From positions 1-41,744 of the IMG/VR virus record IMGVR_UViG_3300002461_000036: a stretch of DNA of 41,744 nucleotides; one strand, written 5' to 3'. Source of the stretch: a virus. The notes under the pieces are model-generated. The model had not been told where the DNA came from, did not search any database, and saw only the letters and a program-made list of their open reading frames with translations. Made by a program: the position numbers and the translations under genes. This document shows, in pieces, positions 41,535 to 41,744 of this stretch; position 1 is the stretch's first letter, and each line of letters starts with the position of its first letter.

Positions 41535-41744
41535 TTACATGTCGTCCAGTTCTTCAAACTCGAAGTAGTACACGGCCGACGTAGTGCCTGTGACCAGAAT
41601 CTCGAAGAAGTAATCACCAGCAGGCAGTAGTCGAACGTTCGTGTCGATGTTGTCGATGCTTACACCTTGACCGTTACCAGCGTTACCGCGCAGCAGCTCA
41701 CGCTCAGTACCGCCGGTGAATGTACCACCAGCGCTAACGATGTT
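41535..41744 (-). CDS. 3' part of the wrap-around 173-aa hypothetical late protein (5' part at 1..406)
   Basis: The frame is continuous with 1..406 once the 94-bp overlap is collapsed. TAA stop at 41537..41535. Confidence 0.6.
   Translation of the reverse strand, partial: NIVSAGGTFTGGTERELLRGNAGNGQGVSIDNIDTNVRLLPAGDYFFEILVTGTTSAVYYFEFEELDDM
41651..41744. repeat. Second copy of the 94-bp assembly overlap (= 1..94)
   Basis: Exact identity to 1..94. Confidence 0.95.

Noticed and set aside
41651-41744. The 94-bp terminal duplication interpreted as the phage's true direct terminal repeat
   Set aside because: It lies inside an ORF whose frame is continuous across the junction, far from the non-coding end region. 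It is best explained as a circular-assembly overlap. The real DTR is probably collapsed somewhere in about 40.8-41.5 kb.
1-41744. Lysogeny or mobile-element functions (integrase, repressor, transposase)
   Set aside because: No ORF shows integrase or transposase motifs. The gene content is that of a strictly lytic T7-supergroup podovirus.

Overview
The window is a complete, circularly permuted genome of a GC-rich T7-supergroup podovirus (Autographiviridae-type). Its ends overlap by an exact 94 bp (1..94 = 41651..41744), leaving 41,650 bp of unique sequence. The architecture is phiKMV-like: the single-subunit RNA polymerase gene sits at the end of the replication module, directly upstream of the structural genes. 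Every credible gene is on the minus strand, so the window is the reverse complement of the conventional map.

Gene order in the direction of transcription (high to low coordinates):
- a non-coding terminal region (about 41.5-40.8 kb) that is T-poor on the + strand and carries short tandem repeats;
- an array of seven sigma70-type promoters (40717-39769);
- about 20 small early ORFs of unknown function (40.4-34.3 kb);
- a replication module: primase, DnaB-like helicase, ATP-dependent ligase, family-A DNA polymerase, 5'-3' exonuclease, a minimal nucleotidyltransferase, endonuclease VII, a PolB-exo-like 3'-5' exonuclease and a DUF5664-like protein;
- the RNA polymerase (22198-19760);
- phage-type promoters and a Rac-like GNAT;
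- portal, scaffold, capsid and a strong terminator;
- tail tubular proteins A and B, three internal virion proteins (one with a lysozyme domain) and a beta-helix tailspike;
- small and large terminase;
- holin, SAR endolysin and Rz/Rz1;
- two unknown late genes, the second of which wraps across the window junction;
- a final terminator.

I found no tRNA, CRISPR array, integrase or repressor.

The observations most worth following up:
- A 19-nt phage-promoter consensus occurs five times. Four copies face the late genes and one faces outward on the + strand toward the putative genome end.
- The tail tubular protein B gene has a conserved N-terminus encoded upstream of any ATG, GTG or TTG; an SD-ATC is at the expected start.
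- A perfect 16-bp inverted repeat brackets the first early ORF, and an 18/19-bp long-range stem lies in the early leader.
- A stand-alone MNT-type nucleotidyltransferase is inserted in the replication module.
- An early ORF pair looks frameshifted.

All functional calls rest on motif recognition by eye and on gene order. No database search was run. The host and the true physical termini cannot be determined from this sequence alone.
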